Shown here in pieces: positions 46,201 through 58,330 of a DNA stretch of 64,000 nucleotides. Location of the stretch: the NCBI GenBank assembly GCA_964016885.1, contig OZ024747.1:11222001-11286000 (forward strand), in the 5' to 3' direction. The translations under genes were made by a program, and so were the position numbers. The notes below the pieces were generated by a model. That model had not been told where the DNA came from. It saw only the letters and a program-made list of their open reading frames with translations, and searched no databases. Positions within the stretch are counted from its first letter, which is position 1, and the number at the start of each line of letters is the position of its first letter. Source of the DNA: Eledone cirrhosa (taxonomy: Eukaryota).

Positions 46201-48117
46201 CTCCTACCTGTGTTGTTGTTACACCTCACACCTACGTTGGTTTAGCTGGTCTCCTACCTGTGTTGTTGTTACACCTCACACCTCCGTTGGTTTAGCTGGC
46301 TTCCTACCTGTGTTGTTGTTACACCTCACACCTACGTTGGTTTAGCTGGTCTCCTACCTGTGGTGTTGTTACACCTCACACCTACGTTGGTTTAGCTGGC
46401 TTCCTACCTGTGTTGTTGTTACACCTCACACCTCCGTTGGTTTAGCTGGCTTCCTACCTGTGTTGTTGTTACACCTCACACCTACGTTGGTTTAGCTGGT
46501 CTCCTACCTGTGTTGTTGTTACACCTCACACCTACGTTGGTTTAGCTGGCTTCCTACCTGTGTTGTTGTTACACCTCACACCTACGTTGGTTTAGCTGGC
46601 TTCCTACCTGTGTTGTTGTTACACCTCACACCTACGTTGGTTTAGCTGGTCTCCTGCCTGTGTTGTTGTTACACCTCACACCTACGTTGGTTTAGCTGGT
46701 CTCCTACCTGTGTTGTTGTTACACCTCACACCTACGTTGGTTTAGCTGGCTTCCTACCTGTGTTGTTGTTACACCTCACACCTACGTTGGTTTAGCTGGT
46801 CTCCTACCTGTGTTGTTGTTACACCTCACACCTACGTTGGTTTAGCTGGCTTCCTACCTGTGTTGTTGTTACACCTCACACCTATGTTGGTTTAGCTGGT
46901 CTCCTACCTGTGATATTACACCTCACACCTGGTTTAGATGGCCTCCTACCTGTGTTGTTACACCTCACACCTGGTTTAGATGGCCTCCTACCTGTGATAT
47001 TACACCTCACACTTGTTGGTTTAACACTTTTGTTACACACGATATCACGTTGAATCTCCCTGAGAACTATGTTAATATTACATATATCTCTGAAATGCTC
47101 GGCCACTTGCACGTTAATTTCACAAGTGACACAGATGTCCAACACACACACACAAAGTAGGTCTAATCATATTATTATAAAGCGCAAGGGAAATAACTTA
47201 AGGCCTAACAGCATCTTTAACCAATACAATAAATCATTAAATGACAAATATTTCACCAAATACAAAATAAATAACAACTTGAATCTTGTAAACAAAAACT
47301 AATTATTATGAATTTATTTTACTGTTTCATTTATTATAGTGAATAGATTTCCTCTTTTATTGATTCAGTGTGACAGCCCTCCTAGTTGCGCTGGCCCCTC
47401 CCGCACGGCAGAATCCACATCTACCCGGGTTCAGTTTTATTTATTTAGAGCGACTGCCTTCTTAGGTAGCCAAGTACACTCTGTAAAGTGATAGTGTTGG
47501 TGCCACAATAAAATACACCCAGTACACTCTATTTAGTGATAGTGTTGGTTCCCCCCCAAAAAACACCCAGTACACTCTGTTTAGTGATAGTGTTGGTGCC
47601 ACGATATATTACACCCAGTACACTCTGTTTAGTGATAGTGTTGGTGCCACGATATATTACACCCAGTACATTCTGTTTAGTGATAGTGTTGGTGCCACAA
47701 TAAAATACACCCAGTACACTCTGTTTAGTGGTAGTGTTGATGCCGCGATATATTTCACCCAGTACATTCTATAAAGATATAGTGCAAGTGTTTGTGTCAG
47801 AATAAAATACACTCTGGTGAACTCTGTAATGTGGCTGGCGTTAAGAAGGGTTTCCAGCTATCGAAACTATGCCAAAATATTAAACACATGAAGAAGACGT
47901 GGTTACCTAACCAAGTCTTATCTTGAACCATGATAACCCATCCAACCCATGCCAACATGGAGATGTAGACGTATGGTGACGATGATGATGTATGTATGAA
48001 AACAAAAGTCAATATTCTGAAATATAATCAAACTGACCAGTGAAATGTGATGCCTTGCTCTCGTGCCTTTCTATTACTTCGATTAACACATTTATATGCA
48101 GCACAAGATGTTGGCAT
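39866..48117 (-). CDS. THAP zinc finger + BTB/POZ domain protein, ~938 aa; coding exons 48117-48038, 45676-45475, 44826-44731, 44023-43659, 42942-42795, 41791-39866
   Basis: Manual splicing: all introns are GT-AG and phases match (2,0,0,2,0). Total 2817 nt = 938 aa + stop. Both the THAP and the BTB motif are completed only across the predicted junctions. Confidence 0.9.
39881..40132 (-). repeat. Coding 21-bp (7-aa) repeat, 12 x [VAIL]NATDP[EKG] (one unit NATGP)
   Basis: Direct from the translation of ORF 39866-41833. Confidence 0.95.
40960..41521 (-). repeat. Coding 78-bp (26-aa) tandem repeat with degenerate copies; 8 CxPH motifs
   Basis: PMTDATCEPHVSVDAAAVVDDVSSLQ-type unit, 3 near-identical plus 5 diverged units in the ORF translation. 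Confidence 0.9.
41918..42223. mobile_element. hAT-type MITE, same family, opposite orientation, in the last intron
   Basis: TIRs cagggtcagagtta / taaatccaacccta; TSD ctggagcc / ctggtgcc; internal aaaaaattagaatacacagca shared in reverse complement with 10307-10589. Confidence 0.75.
42368..42775. repeat. 48-bp intronic minisatellite
   Basis: atggtaatgaaagggttaatgacatagacagtgtctttc units. Confidence 0.92.
42795..42942 (-). CDS. Coding exon 5: BTB N-terminus ...HGRSMLHNLMRLWKNGKFCDAGIGNDTATVM
   Basis: BTB H...L..L......FCD motif. ccttgcag acceptor, gtaagt donor; joins in frame to VHKVVL. Confidence 0.9.
43659..44023 (-). CDS. Coding exon 4: Ser/Lys/Glu-rich linker
   Basis: ttttcag acceptor; in frame with ORF 43646-43969; donor CACAG|gtgcgt, phase 2. 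Confidence 0.82.
44035..44628. repeat. 22-bp intronic minisatellite (aaaactaccaaacttcagtttc)
   Basis: Direct tandem array. Confidence 0.92.
44731..44826 (-). CDS. Coding exon 3: basic linker KKVSASGQRRREKHQMKNPTKPVSSLPKLKTL (possible NLS)
   Basis: tttccag acceptor, gtaggt donor, 96 nt, phase 0/0; unique sequence between minisatellites. Confidence 0.8.
45475..45676 (-). CDS. Coding exon 2: THAP core FPKDLKRRKEW...[37 protein letters not shown]
   Basis: Conserved THAP residues P, W, CxxHF and the AVP(T/S)IF box. Acceptor is poly-T + gtag; donor gtaagg. Confidence 0.95.
45710..47025. repeat. 50-bp intronic minisatellite (acacctcacacctacgttggtttagctgg...)
   Basis: Direct tandem array. Confidence 0.92.
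48038..48117 (-). CDS. Coding exon 1: N-terminal THAP half, MPTSCAAYKCVNRSNRKAREQGITFH(C)
   Basis: Typical THAP start MPxxCxxxxC...FH. Acceptor ttgttgtag precedes exon start 48151; donor TG|gtcagt. Confidence 0.92.
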
Positions 48118-48599
48118 AGCTTCCCCTCACACTCCCTGCCACTGCAAATATCTACAACAAAAAAGAAAGACACTTTTATTATTACCTCCGTCTCAGAGAC
48201 AGGTGATATGGAGTTCTCTCAGGTCTCGAATAATCGCCCCACCTCACCCCTGCTTATACAATTTTGCTAATCTATCTCCGACGAAATTTTAATTTTAAGT
48301 GGTAGCATTCCTGTGATAACTTTCTTTATACATTAAAAACATTATACATGACAACAAAAGTACATTATTAGAAATCCCATACGTTATAAAATAAATAGGA
48401 TGAGTTAAGTATCTCAATATGTAAACTAAACGACTAATACTGGTTTAAAAAAAAACATCAACGGAGACAACCTAGAAAAATTACCGATTTTTCACCCCAC
48501 CCCCTTATTATTTGGGACCCGAGAATAGTTAAGGTGCAAGAACCACAGAAAACGAATAATTTACGACAGTTTTGATGGTCATATTCGTTCAAAACATCA

Positions 48600-49370
48600 A
48601 CAATCATTTGAGAAACGGAAGTTACATCTTTAAACTTCTCACCAAACCTAAGAATTGTTGGTTAAGAATTAATTCGGAATGAAAGGAAAGAAAGCCACGC
48701 TGCTCCTTTTTCAGGCGGCTACTGTCTTTCCGATTTTACGGAGTAAATCGGCAGTGTGGTGACGAAGGGCACCAGAAGTCTCATCGGAGACAAGTACGAA
48801 AAAGAAGCGGTTGATCAAGCCCCAGTATTTCTTTATCTTCCTCTCCTCTGCATTGCAGGTGGTGGTGCCCGGGTTTGTTGCCGAAACGATAAGGCTGTAG
48901 GCAGAGAACAAGTCACAACACGTCACGTCCCAATTTAGGAACTTACCTCCCCACGAATCAGAAGACGGTTATACCCTTCAAATTAATGTTTTTGTTTATT
49001 TTTACTGTTACGCCAGCCTCGAAGGTGGGTGTAACAATAAAAATGACAAAACCCTCGTTTGCATCACGTCTACCTACAACGAAGGATAATCCATTACATT
49101 TTGTTACCTGTTAAATAGTTATTCTCTATCTAAACATATATTTCTTTAATGTGTTTACTTCTCGTTTGGTAAGTAGATACTATTACATAGATTAAAATAT
49201 ACGTACTTGCTAAGTTATTCTTCCGAATAAAGCAATGTGACAGCAACTTGGTAAACGGGAAGGTTTTTGTCCACAGGTAAACATAAACATATAAAAAAGC
49301 ACGTTGAGAAAATGAGGAAGAAACCGGAAGTAGAAATAATTCTCTCAAGTTGAGAGTTGTCCCCCTTGAT
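48600..49370 (-). promoter_or_regulatory. Probable promoter / 5' UTR exon region of the THAP-BTB gene
   Basis: Locally CpG-rich unique sequence. Consensus donor GAG|GTAAGT on the minus strand at 48947/48946. ETS-type CCGGAAGT at 49324-49331 and CGGAAGT at 48616-48622. Confidence 0.5.
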
Positions 49371-49704
49371 TGATTTATCGTTTTTCATGGCTGTTTAGAT
49401 CTTAGTTTTCTTTCTCCCCCAAAATGTTTTTAAAATATCACTCGTCTTTTATGCAAGTTGAGGTATCAATAATATTAAATACTTACATTTTCTTCCCTGC
49501 TGAAATGAAGGAGAGTGTCTTATATGTAGGGGCTTCCTATATGTCATCAAATACAGTATTTCTTAAACACACACATATATATATGTATATATACACACAT
49601 ATATGTGTGTGTGTATGTGTCTATAATAGATGCGATATACGCATAAACACTGCTATATAATGGATATGCTGTGTATATATAAACAGTTTATATATAATTA
49701 TTTC

Positions 49705-49890
49705 TAATTTAGCGATAAGGCCAACATTGTTGGAAGGGGAAGGTCATTACATCGACCCCAATACCCGACTGGTACTTTATTTTATCAATCCCGAAAGTAG
49801 ACGTTGGCGTGATTTGGACTCAAGACGTAAAGATCCGTAATAAATACCGCAACGTATTTCCTCCAACATTCTAAAGATTCTGCCAACCCA
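49705..49890 (+). mobile_element. Short interspersed repeat (atcgacccca...actggtactttattttatc family); related fragments near 10000, 28550 (-), 50580, 58665
   Basis: The same motif recurs at several places in the window. Confidence 0.6.
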
Positions 49891-50917
49891 CAGTTTATAT
49901 ATAATAGATATGATTTCTATATAAACAGTGTGCTCAGTTATTGAGTGAGGGTCTACCCCAACTATACCTATCCGTATGATCAGCTATTGAGGGTCTACCC
50001 GAACTATACCTACCCGTATATTCAGCTATTGAGGGTCCACCCGAACTATACCCACCTTAGTGATCAGCTATTGAGTGAGGGTCCACCCCAACTATACCCA
50101 GGTATGTGATCAGCTAGAGAGGGTCCACCCCAACTATACCCACCTTAGTGATCAGCTATTAAAGTTGATAGCTGTACAGTAAATAAAAGGATTAGGATTA
50201 TGAAAGTAGAGAAACTAACCAACCCATCAGGGATTGTTGCTGAGATGATTAAAATATTTGGCTGAGAATGACACATGTTTGTCACTCACATAAAATATTG
50301 GGCAGGGAATGAGACAGGTTTGTCACTTACAGTCGGGATAAAAATAAATATAAACAGTAAAAGTTATAGGTCTTCGATTTTGTAAGTAGGCCATATTTAT
50401 AAAATATATATTCATGCTAACCTAGCTCTTCTCCTGGGTGATGTGGGAAATGTTTTAATTGCTAAGTGCCTGTGTAAGTACCCTTAACTCCTGATGGGGA
50501 GGGTGTAGGTTTGCCGTCGTAACACACAGCATGTCTTGGGTATTTTAAACATTGAGGGGAAAGAAAGAAAGAATCTACCCCAATACTGGACTGGCACTTT
50601 ACTTATCGACTTCGAAAGAACGAAAGGCAAAGTTGACCTCAACGTAAAGTCCCTGCCGATGTGAAAACTAACGTCTCTTCATTAAAAGAAATACTTACAA
50701 GAGTTATTTTCCTTGAAATATTATAAAACGTTATCTCCCCATAGAAGTAACACAAGGACCATGTAGTGAAATATATGGAGTACCGTTATATACCGCTTCT
50801 TATATTCCTTTCGTTTTCAGTACACAATACGTTTCACTGGATTTCAGCAACTTTTGTACAATTTTTATTTAAATCAATAATTCCATTTTACATTCATTCG
50901 TTCATTATATAATACAA

Positions 50918-51155
50918 TATAATGAAAATTGTGTAAAATGCTCAGGTGCACTACAACTCATCAAAGGTGCATGTTTAGTACATAGAATAATGTACAAAAG
51001 TCAGGAAAGTGAACACTGTGTGAGTCATGATATACACACAGACAAACATATCAGGTGTAGTGTTGGCGAATTTCAGGAAGTTTTGAAGGATGCAGTGTCC
51101 CGGCAGCTGACAACTGATGCAGTAGTTTATTCCATACTTCAGCAACTCTGAGAGT
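50918..51155 (-). mobile_element. 3' end fragment of the same CR1 family
   Basis: tgctcaggtgcactacaactc...ttcagcaactctgag matches the reverse complement of 29780-30040. Confidence 0.8.
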
Positions 51156-51646
51156 GAAAAAATGATCAAGATGAGGCCTCCTGACCTGACAACCTGTCTA
51201 ACACACGCAAGTGACAAAGATAGAAGTTAAGTGATGATGATGGTAATCATCATCATTATCAAACATTATTTAATTTTAGACCTTTTTCTTTAAATTAATA
51301 AATTATTCTGAATTTACATATACAAGATAGCTGAAGAAAAGATAATTAGTAGCACTAACAAGCTGCATTATTGTCTGTAATACATCAGCCATAAATTATA
51401 TTCCCAAACCATACTTCATCCCCCTCAACAAAGCAACAACCCACCGGCTCCAATTACTGGTACGGAAGCAACATCATCAGGCTGCAGCTGTTGTATTACA
51501 TAACTTCTCTGCATGTCTATCTATTTTCATCTTTTTTATGTTCACTTCTTTCATATTATGTCACATCAATTTCTTCATTTACATTTTTATCAGATTTTAC
51601 TTTCACTCCAAACAGAAGCTTTACAGTATTTACTGGGCTACTTTTG

Positions 51647-54600
51647 ACTTTAGTAAACAGTCTACCCCAGTATCTATAGTCTTTAGTAAACAGTCTACCC
51701 CAGTATCTATAGTCTTTAGTAAACAGTCTACCCCAGTATCTATAGTCTTTAGTAAACAGTCTACCCCAGTATCTATAGTCTTTAGTAAACAGTCTACCCC
51801 AGTCTCTATAGTCTTTAGTAAACAGTCTACCCCAGTATCTATAGTCTTTAGTAAACAGTCTACCCCAGTATCTATAGCCTTTAGTAAACAGTCTACCCCA
51901 GTATCTATAGCCTTTAGTAAACAGTCTACCCCAGTATCTATAGTCTTTAGTAAACAGTCTACCCCAGTATCTATAGCCTTTAGTAAACAGTCTACCCCAG
52001 TATCTATAGCCTTTAGTAAACAGTCTACCCCAGTATCTATAGCCTTTAGTAAACAGTCTACCCCAGTATCTATAGCCTTTAGTAAACAGTCTACCCCAGT
52101 ATCTATAGCCTTTAGTAAACAGTCTACCCCAGTATCTATAGTCTTTAGTAAACAGTCTACCCCAGTATCTATAGTCTTTAGTAAACAGTCTACCCCAGTA
52201 TCTATAGCCTTTAGTAAACAGTCTACCCCAGTATCTATAGCCTTTAGTAAACAGTCTACCCCAGTATCTATAGCCTTTAGTAAACAGTCTACCCCAGTAT
52301 CTATAGTCTTTAGTAAACAGTCTACCCCAGTATCTATAGTCTTTAGTAAACAGTCTACCCCAGTATCTATAGCCTTTAGTAAACAGTCTACCCCAGTATC
52401 TATAGCCTTTAGTAAACAGTCTACCCCAGTATCTATAGCCTTTAGTAAACAGTCTACCCCAGTATCTATAGCCTTTAGTAAACAGTCTACCCCAGTATCT
52501 ATAGCCTTTAGTAAACAGTCTACCCCAGTATCTATAGTCTTTAGTAAACAGTCTACCCCAGTATCTATAGTCTTTAGTAAACAGTCTACCCCAATATCTA
52601 TAGTCTTTAGTAAACAGTCTACCCCAGTATCTATAGCCTTTAGTAAACAGTCTACCCCAGTATCTATAGTCTTTAGTAAACAGTCTACCCCAGTATCTAT
52701 AGTCTTTAGTAAACAGTCTACCCCAGTATCTATAGTCTTTAGTAAACAGTCTACCCCAGTATCTATAGTCTTTAGTAAACAGTCTACCCCAGTATCTATA
52801 GTCTTTAGTAAACAGTCTACCCCAGTATCTATAGTCTTTAGTAAACAGTCTACCCCAGTATCTATAGTCTTTAGTAAACAGTCTACCCCAGTATCTATAG
52901 TCTTTAGTAAACAGTCTACCCCAGTATCTATAGTCTTTAGTAAACAGTCTACCCCAATATCTATAGTCTTTAGTAAACAGTCTACCCCAGTATCTATAGC
53001 CTTTAGTAAACAGTCTACCCCAGTATCTATAGCCTTTAGTAAACAGTCTACCCCAGTATCTATAGCCTTTAGTAAACAGTCTACCCCAGTATCTATAGCC
53101 TTTAGTAAACAGTCTACCCCAGTATCTATAGCCTTTAGTAAACAGTCTACCCCAGTATCTATAGTCTTTAGTAAACAGTCTATCCCAGTATCTATAGCCT
53201 TTAGTAAACAGTCTACCCCAGTATCTATAGCCTTTAGTAAACAGTCTACCCCAGTATCTATAGTCTTTAGTAAACAGTCTACCCCAGTATCTATAGTCTT
53301 TAGTAAACAGTCTACCCCAGTATCTATAGTCTTTAGTAAACAGTCTACCCCAGTATCTATAGTCTTTAGTAAACAGTCTACCCCAGTATCTATAGTCTTT
53401 AGTAAACAGTCTACCCCAGTATCTATAGCCTTTAGTAAACAGTCTACCCCAGTATCTATAGCCTTTAGTAAACAGTCTACCCCAGTATCTATAGCCTTTA
53501 GTAAACAGTCTACCCCAGTATCTATAGCCTTTAGTAAACAGTCTACCCCAGTATCTATAGTCTTTAGTAAACAGTCTACCCCAATATCTATAGTCTTTAG
53601 TAAACAGTCTACCCCAGTATCTATAGCCTTTAGTAAACAGTCTACCCCAATATCTATAGCCTTTAGTAAACAGTCTACCCCAGTATCTATAGTCTTTAGT
53701 AAACAGTCTACCCCAGTATCTATAGTCTTTAGTAAACAGTCTACCCCAGTATCTATAGCCTTTAGTAAACAGTCTACTCCAGTATCTATAGTCTTTAGTA
53801 AACAGTCTACCCCAATATCTATAGTCTTTAGTAAACAGTCTACCCCAGTATCTATAGTCTTTAGTAAACAGTCTACCCCAGTATCTATAGCCTTTAGTAA
53901 ACAGTCTACCCCAATATCTATAGCCTTTAGTAAACAGTCTACCCCAGTATCTATAGTCTTTAGTAAACAGTCTACCCCAGTATCTATAGTCTTTAGTAAA
54001 CAGTCTACCCCAGTATCTAGTCTTTAGTAAACAGTCTACCCCAGTATCTATAGTCTTTAGTAAACAGTCTACCCCAGTATCTATAGTCTTTAGTAAACAG
54101 TCTACCCCAGTATCTAGTCTTTAGTAAACAGTCTACCCCAGTCTCTATAGTCTTTAGTAAACAGTCTACCCCAGTATCTATAGCCTTTAGTAAACAGTCT
54201 ACCCCAATATCTATAGTCTTTAGTAAACAGTCTACCCCAGTATCTATAGTCTTTAGTAAACAGTCTACCCCAGTATCTATAGTCTTTAGTAAACAGTCTA
54301 CCCCAGTATCTATAGTCTTTAGTAAACAGTCTACCCCAGTATCTATAGCCTTTAGTAAACAGTCTACCCCAGTATCTATAGCCTTTAGTAAACAGTCTAC
54401 CCCAGTATCTATAGCCTTTAGTAAACAGTCTACCCCAGTATCTATAGTCTTTAGTAAACAGTCTACCCCAGTATCTATAGTCTTTAGTAAACAGTCTACC
54501 CCAGTATCTATAGTCTTTAGTAAACAGTTTACCCCAGTATCTATAGCCTTTAGTAAACAGTCTACCCCAGTATCTATAGTCTTTAGTAAACAGTCTACCC

Positions 54601-54845
54601 CAGTATCTATAGTCTTTAGTAAACAGTCTACCCCAGTATCTATAGCCTTTAGTAAACAGTCTACCCCAGTATCTATAGCCTTTAGTAAACAGTCTACCCC
54701 AGTATCTACAGTCTTTAGTAAACAGTCTACCCCAGTATCTACAGTCTTTAGTAAACAGTCTACCCCAGTATCTATAGTCTTTAGTAAACAGTCTACCCCA
54801 GTATCTATAGTCTTTAGTAAACAGTCTACCCCAGTATCTATAGTC
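51647..54845. repeat. 33-bp minisatellite (tttagtaaacagtctaccccagtatctatagtc), roughly 97 copies
   Basis: Direct tandem array; the period is a multiple of 3, giving spurious 829-aa and 253-aa ORFs. Confidence 0.97.
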
Positions 54846-55039
54846 TGCTGAGATCTTAACTGATGTTGTTGTCACCTTTTATTAATTATTCTTACCTTTT
54901 TACCTTTCTGTTGACCTGAAAGCTCCTCACCTGTGAAATCTTCACCGATTTTCATCATTAAATGTTGATAGCATTTAAAAAAATAATTAAGTGTATGTCA
55001 TTAACTGTAAATTATTAAGCAACTTATTTTTATTCTCCT

Positions 55040-55450
55040 GTAGTTATTGAGAAGGCAGACTTGCTCCTCACAGATGAGACCAATGTCATCAAAAGATGGT
55101 CTGAGTATTGCAAAGATCTTTATAACCACAAACTCAGACATGACATACAACATCCTGGACAATTCCACCAATGAGAATAGGGAACTTGAAGATACTCCAA
55201 TTCTCCAGGAGGAAGTCAAAGAGGTGAGGTGAGGTGCATGCTTGAAGACAGGAAATCTCCTGGAGTGGATAACATCCCATCAGAATATAGAGGGTCAACA
55301 TTTATCAAGGCACTGACAGTTACCTATCAGAAGATATGGGAAACATAGAAGTGGCCAAAGGAGGGGACCCAATCATTGATGATACCAATTCCCAAGAAAG
55401 GTAACTTAAGATTCTGCCAGAATTAGAGAACAATCAGTGTAATTAGTAGA
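55040..55450 (+). mobile_element. Decayed RTE(BovB-like) LINE fragment, linker/RT N-terminus
   Basis: PILQEEVK...KTGKSPGVDNIPSE...KWPKE...IPIPKKGNL...RTISVIS, with frameshifts and stops. Confidence 0.75.
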
Positions 55451-56194
55451 AGAACAGAATCTATGAGATTTTGAAAACAATACCTTAACATTAGTTTGAG
55501 TGACCAGTTACAGCCAGTTTCAACAGAAAAAGGTAGAGAATTTTGGCCGGTTTGAACATTAAAGGGTTAACATTAGACTGTTAACCAAGCAACATCTGAA
55601 GCACCAATCTGACCTTATCATCATAACTTCTGAGAACCATTAATATATCAGGAATTGAGGAAAGTTGTTGGGATTACGAGGGGACAAATATGACCTGGGC
55701 CTTTGAGAATCATTAATATATCTGGAATTGAAGCTGGGGTTACAAGAGGAGGAATATGACATGGGATTCTGGGAACCATTATATATCAGGAATTATAGCT
55801 GGGATTACAAATTAGTAGTAATTTGGTAAGGCAAGTGTAATTAACAGTCATGTCCAGAAAGAAGGAAAGTGTTTAAGATGAGAGGAGAGCCATACCCCGT
55901 TATTACATCCCACAGCAGCAGTAATAATAATAATAGTCATAATCATAATGATTTATTTCAGAAATAATCATTTCTTTCATAACAACAAAAATGTTTACAG
56001 AACATTTCAACATTTGACAAAACCACAACTAAAATATTTATCAGTGTCCCCTAAATTCCTCAGCCCTATCCAAGTAAACATTTACAATGTAATATAGTTA
56101 TTATTTGATAAGACTGAGAAACAAAGAGGAAGGACACATTGAAAAAGTTGATAGAATTGGTATTCTGAGCAAAGCTGTCTTTTCTTGGCAGTGT

Positions 56195-56450
56195 CTTAGC
56201 TAGCCCTACAATGTGTGCCTGAGTATTTAGTACCCTAGGCTAGCTCTACAATGTGTGCCTGTGTATTTAGTATCCTAGGCTAGCCCTACAATGTGTGCCT
56301 GAGTATTTAGTACCCTAGGCTAGCCCTACAATGTGTGCCTGGGTATTTAGTATCCTAGGCTAGCCCTACAATGTGTGCCTGGGTATTTAGTATCCTAGGC
56401 TAGCCCTACAATGTGTGCCTGGCTATTTAGTGCCCTAGGCTAGCCCTCAA
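56195..56450. repeat. 40-bp minisatellite, ~6 copies, same family as 11797-11972
   Basis: tatttagtaccctaggctagccctacaatgtgtgcctg units. Confidence 0.85.
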
Positions 56451-57655
56451 CATGCCCCTGGGTAATTACTGACCTAAGATAATCCTACAATGTTCAGCCC
56501 ATTCTTTCAAATAAAATAATTTTGACTTAGTTTAGTAAATCTGATAAACTTATGATTGGACACTTATTGCTCTGACCACACTAAGAAAATTACTAAGCCT
56601 GTATTTTCTACTATACAGTCCACATTCACCTATGCCAAATTTTGTTACAGGTCATAACACCAAACGACCCTCTCCACTGCTTTGTGTGTGTATTTCCACA
56701 ATGTTGCTATAAGGCAAAGATGTTTAGTGATATATATACTGATCACAAGAAATTATTTTCCAGCCCTAAAACGAGATATTTTCAAACAAGGACATATGGT
56801 AATCCTATTTATAAACATTATTATACACACATATTGCCCTACATTCAACAAAAATCAGATAATTTTAAGAACTTAAAATCACAACAGTTCTATAATAAAT
56901 AGAACACACAAAAACCTCTGTTTAACGACCTCTGTAGTTTATTACTCTAAAAATGTTACATCTTAGCTAATTAACTCAATCAAATTAATTGTTATCCTAG
57001 AAAATAATTTTACTCCTCAAATACTTCAACTGACAACTAATTAAGGATTACAAAATTATTCAAAATGTTTATAACTTCTTTCTTTCTAAATTCAAATAAA
57101 AGTTTCATTTTATCAACGCAAAATCTACAGCTTTGAAAAGGTATCTCAGAAAAACATGTCATTTAAAATTTGCATTATTAAGCAAGTTAGAAGAAAATAA
57201 ATCCCTAATGTCTTATAAAATGCTAGAAATAGCAGCCAAACATCTTATCAAATATGTGTCACAATGTTGGTCTAGACACAAACTAAATTTATAAAACATT
57301 ATTTTCTCTCAACATCAAGTCAGGATACTTTGTAGATTTTAAACTTTCTCGTTTCTCCCTTTTGATTTTACACCTTTACATCAATGTCTAATGTCACCTG
57401 GGACAGGTATATACCTTTACATCAATGTCTAGAATTTGGTGTCACCTGGGACAGGTGTATACCTTTACATCAATTCGCAATCGTGATGTGTTATGTCCTT
57501 GAGCAAGACACTTTATTTCACGTTGCTCCTTGTGCCTGGATTTGTAACCGGTAACAATTGGAAAGACCAATGGAAACATTGTTTCCTTGGTCTGATTTGA
57601 CGAACTCCACCCCACTCGTTAAGTGAATAAGGTCTGGGTTATGTCATTCAACTGT

Positions 57656-57693
<38 letters not shown>

Positions 57694-57784
57694 TGCATAT
57701 ACATGCATATACATACATATACATATATACGCACATGCACAGAAAGAAAGAGAGAGAGAGAAAGAAAGGTACAGACAAACAGAT

Positions 57785-58330
57785 TGAAAATTAAAAGACT
57801 GTATTGAAAGTACCATTAGGTACATTCAAATATACACACAGATACATATACACACATATTCACACACAGATACATATACACACATATTCACACACGCAGA
57901 TACATATACACACATATTCACACACACAGATACATATACACACATATTCACACACAGATACATATACACACATACAGATACATATACACACATTTACACA
58001 CACAAATACATACACACACATTCACACTCACAGAGAAACATATACACATATTCACACACAAAAACATTTTGAAAATTAAAAGACTGTATTGAAAGTACCA
58101 TTAGGTACATTCAAATATACACACAGATACATATACACACATATTCACACACAGATACATATACACACATATTCACACACACAAATACATATACACACAT
58201 TCACACACACATACATATACACACATATTCACACACATACATATACACACATTCACACACACAAATACATATACACACATTCACACACACAGAGAAACAT
58301 ATACACATATTCACACACAAAAACATTTCT
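57785..58330. repeat. ~285-bp tandem duplication
   Basis: ttgaaagtaccattaggtacattc at 57804 and 58089. Confidence 0.85.

Noticed and set aside
48711-48938. Short ORFs on both strands in the CpG-rich block
   Set aside because: No recognisable protein and no frame links them to flanking exons; better explained as 5' UTR, first intron or promoter.
51538-54027. 829-aa ORF of FSKQSTPVSIV repeats (and antisense 253-aa ORF)
   Set aside because: Product of a 33-bp minisatellite lacking stops in one frame. The frame is broken by 2-bp-deleted units near 54020 and 54115, and there is no unique coding context.
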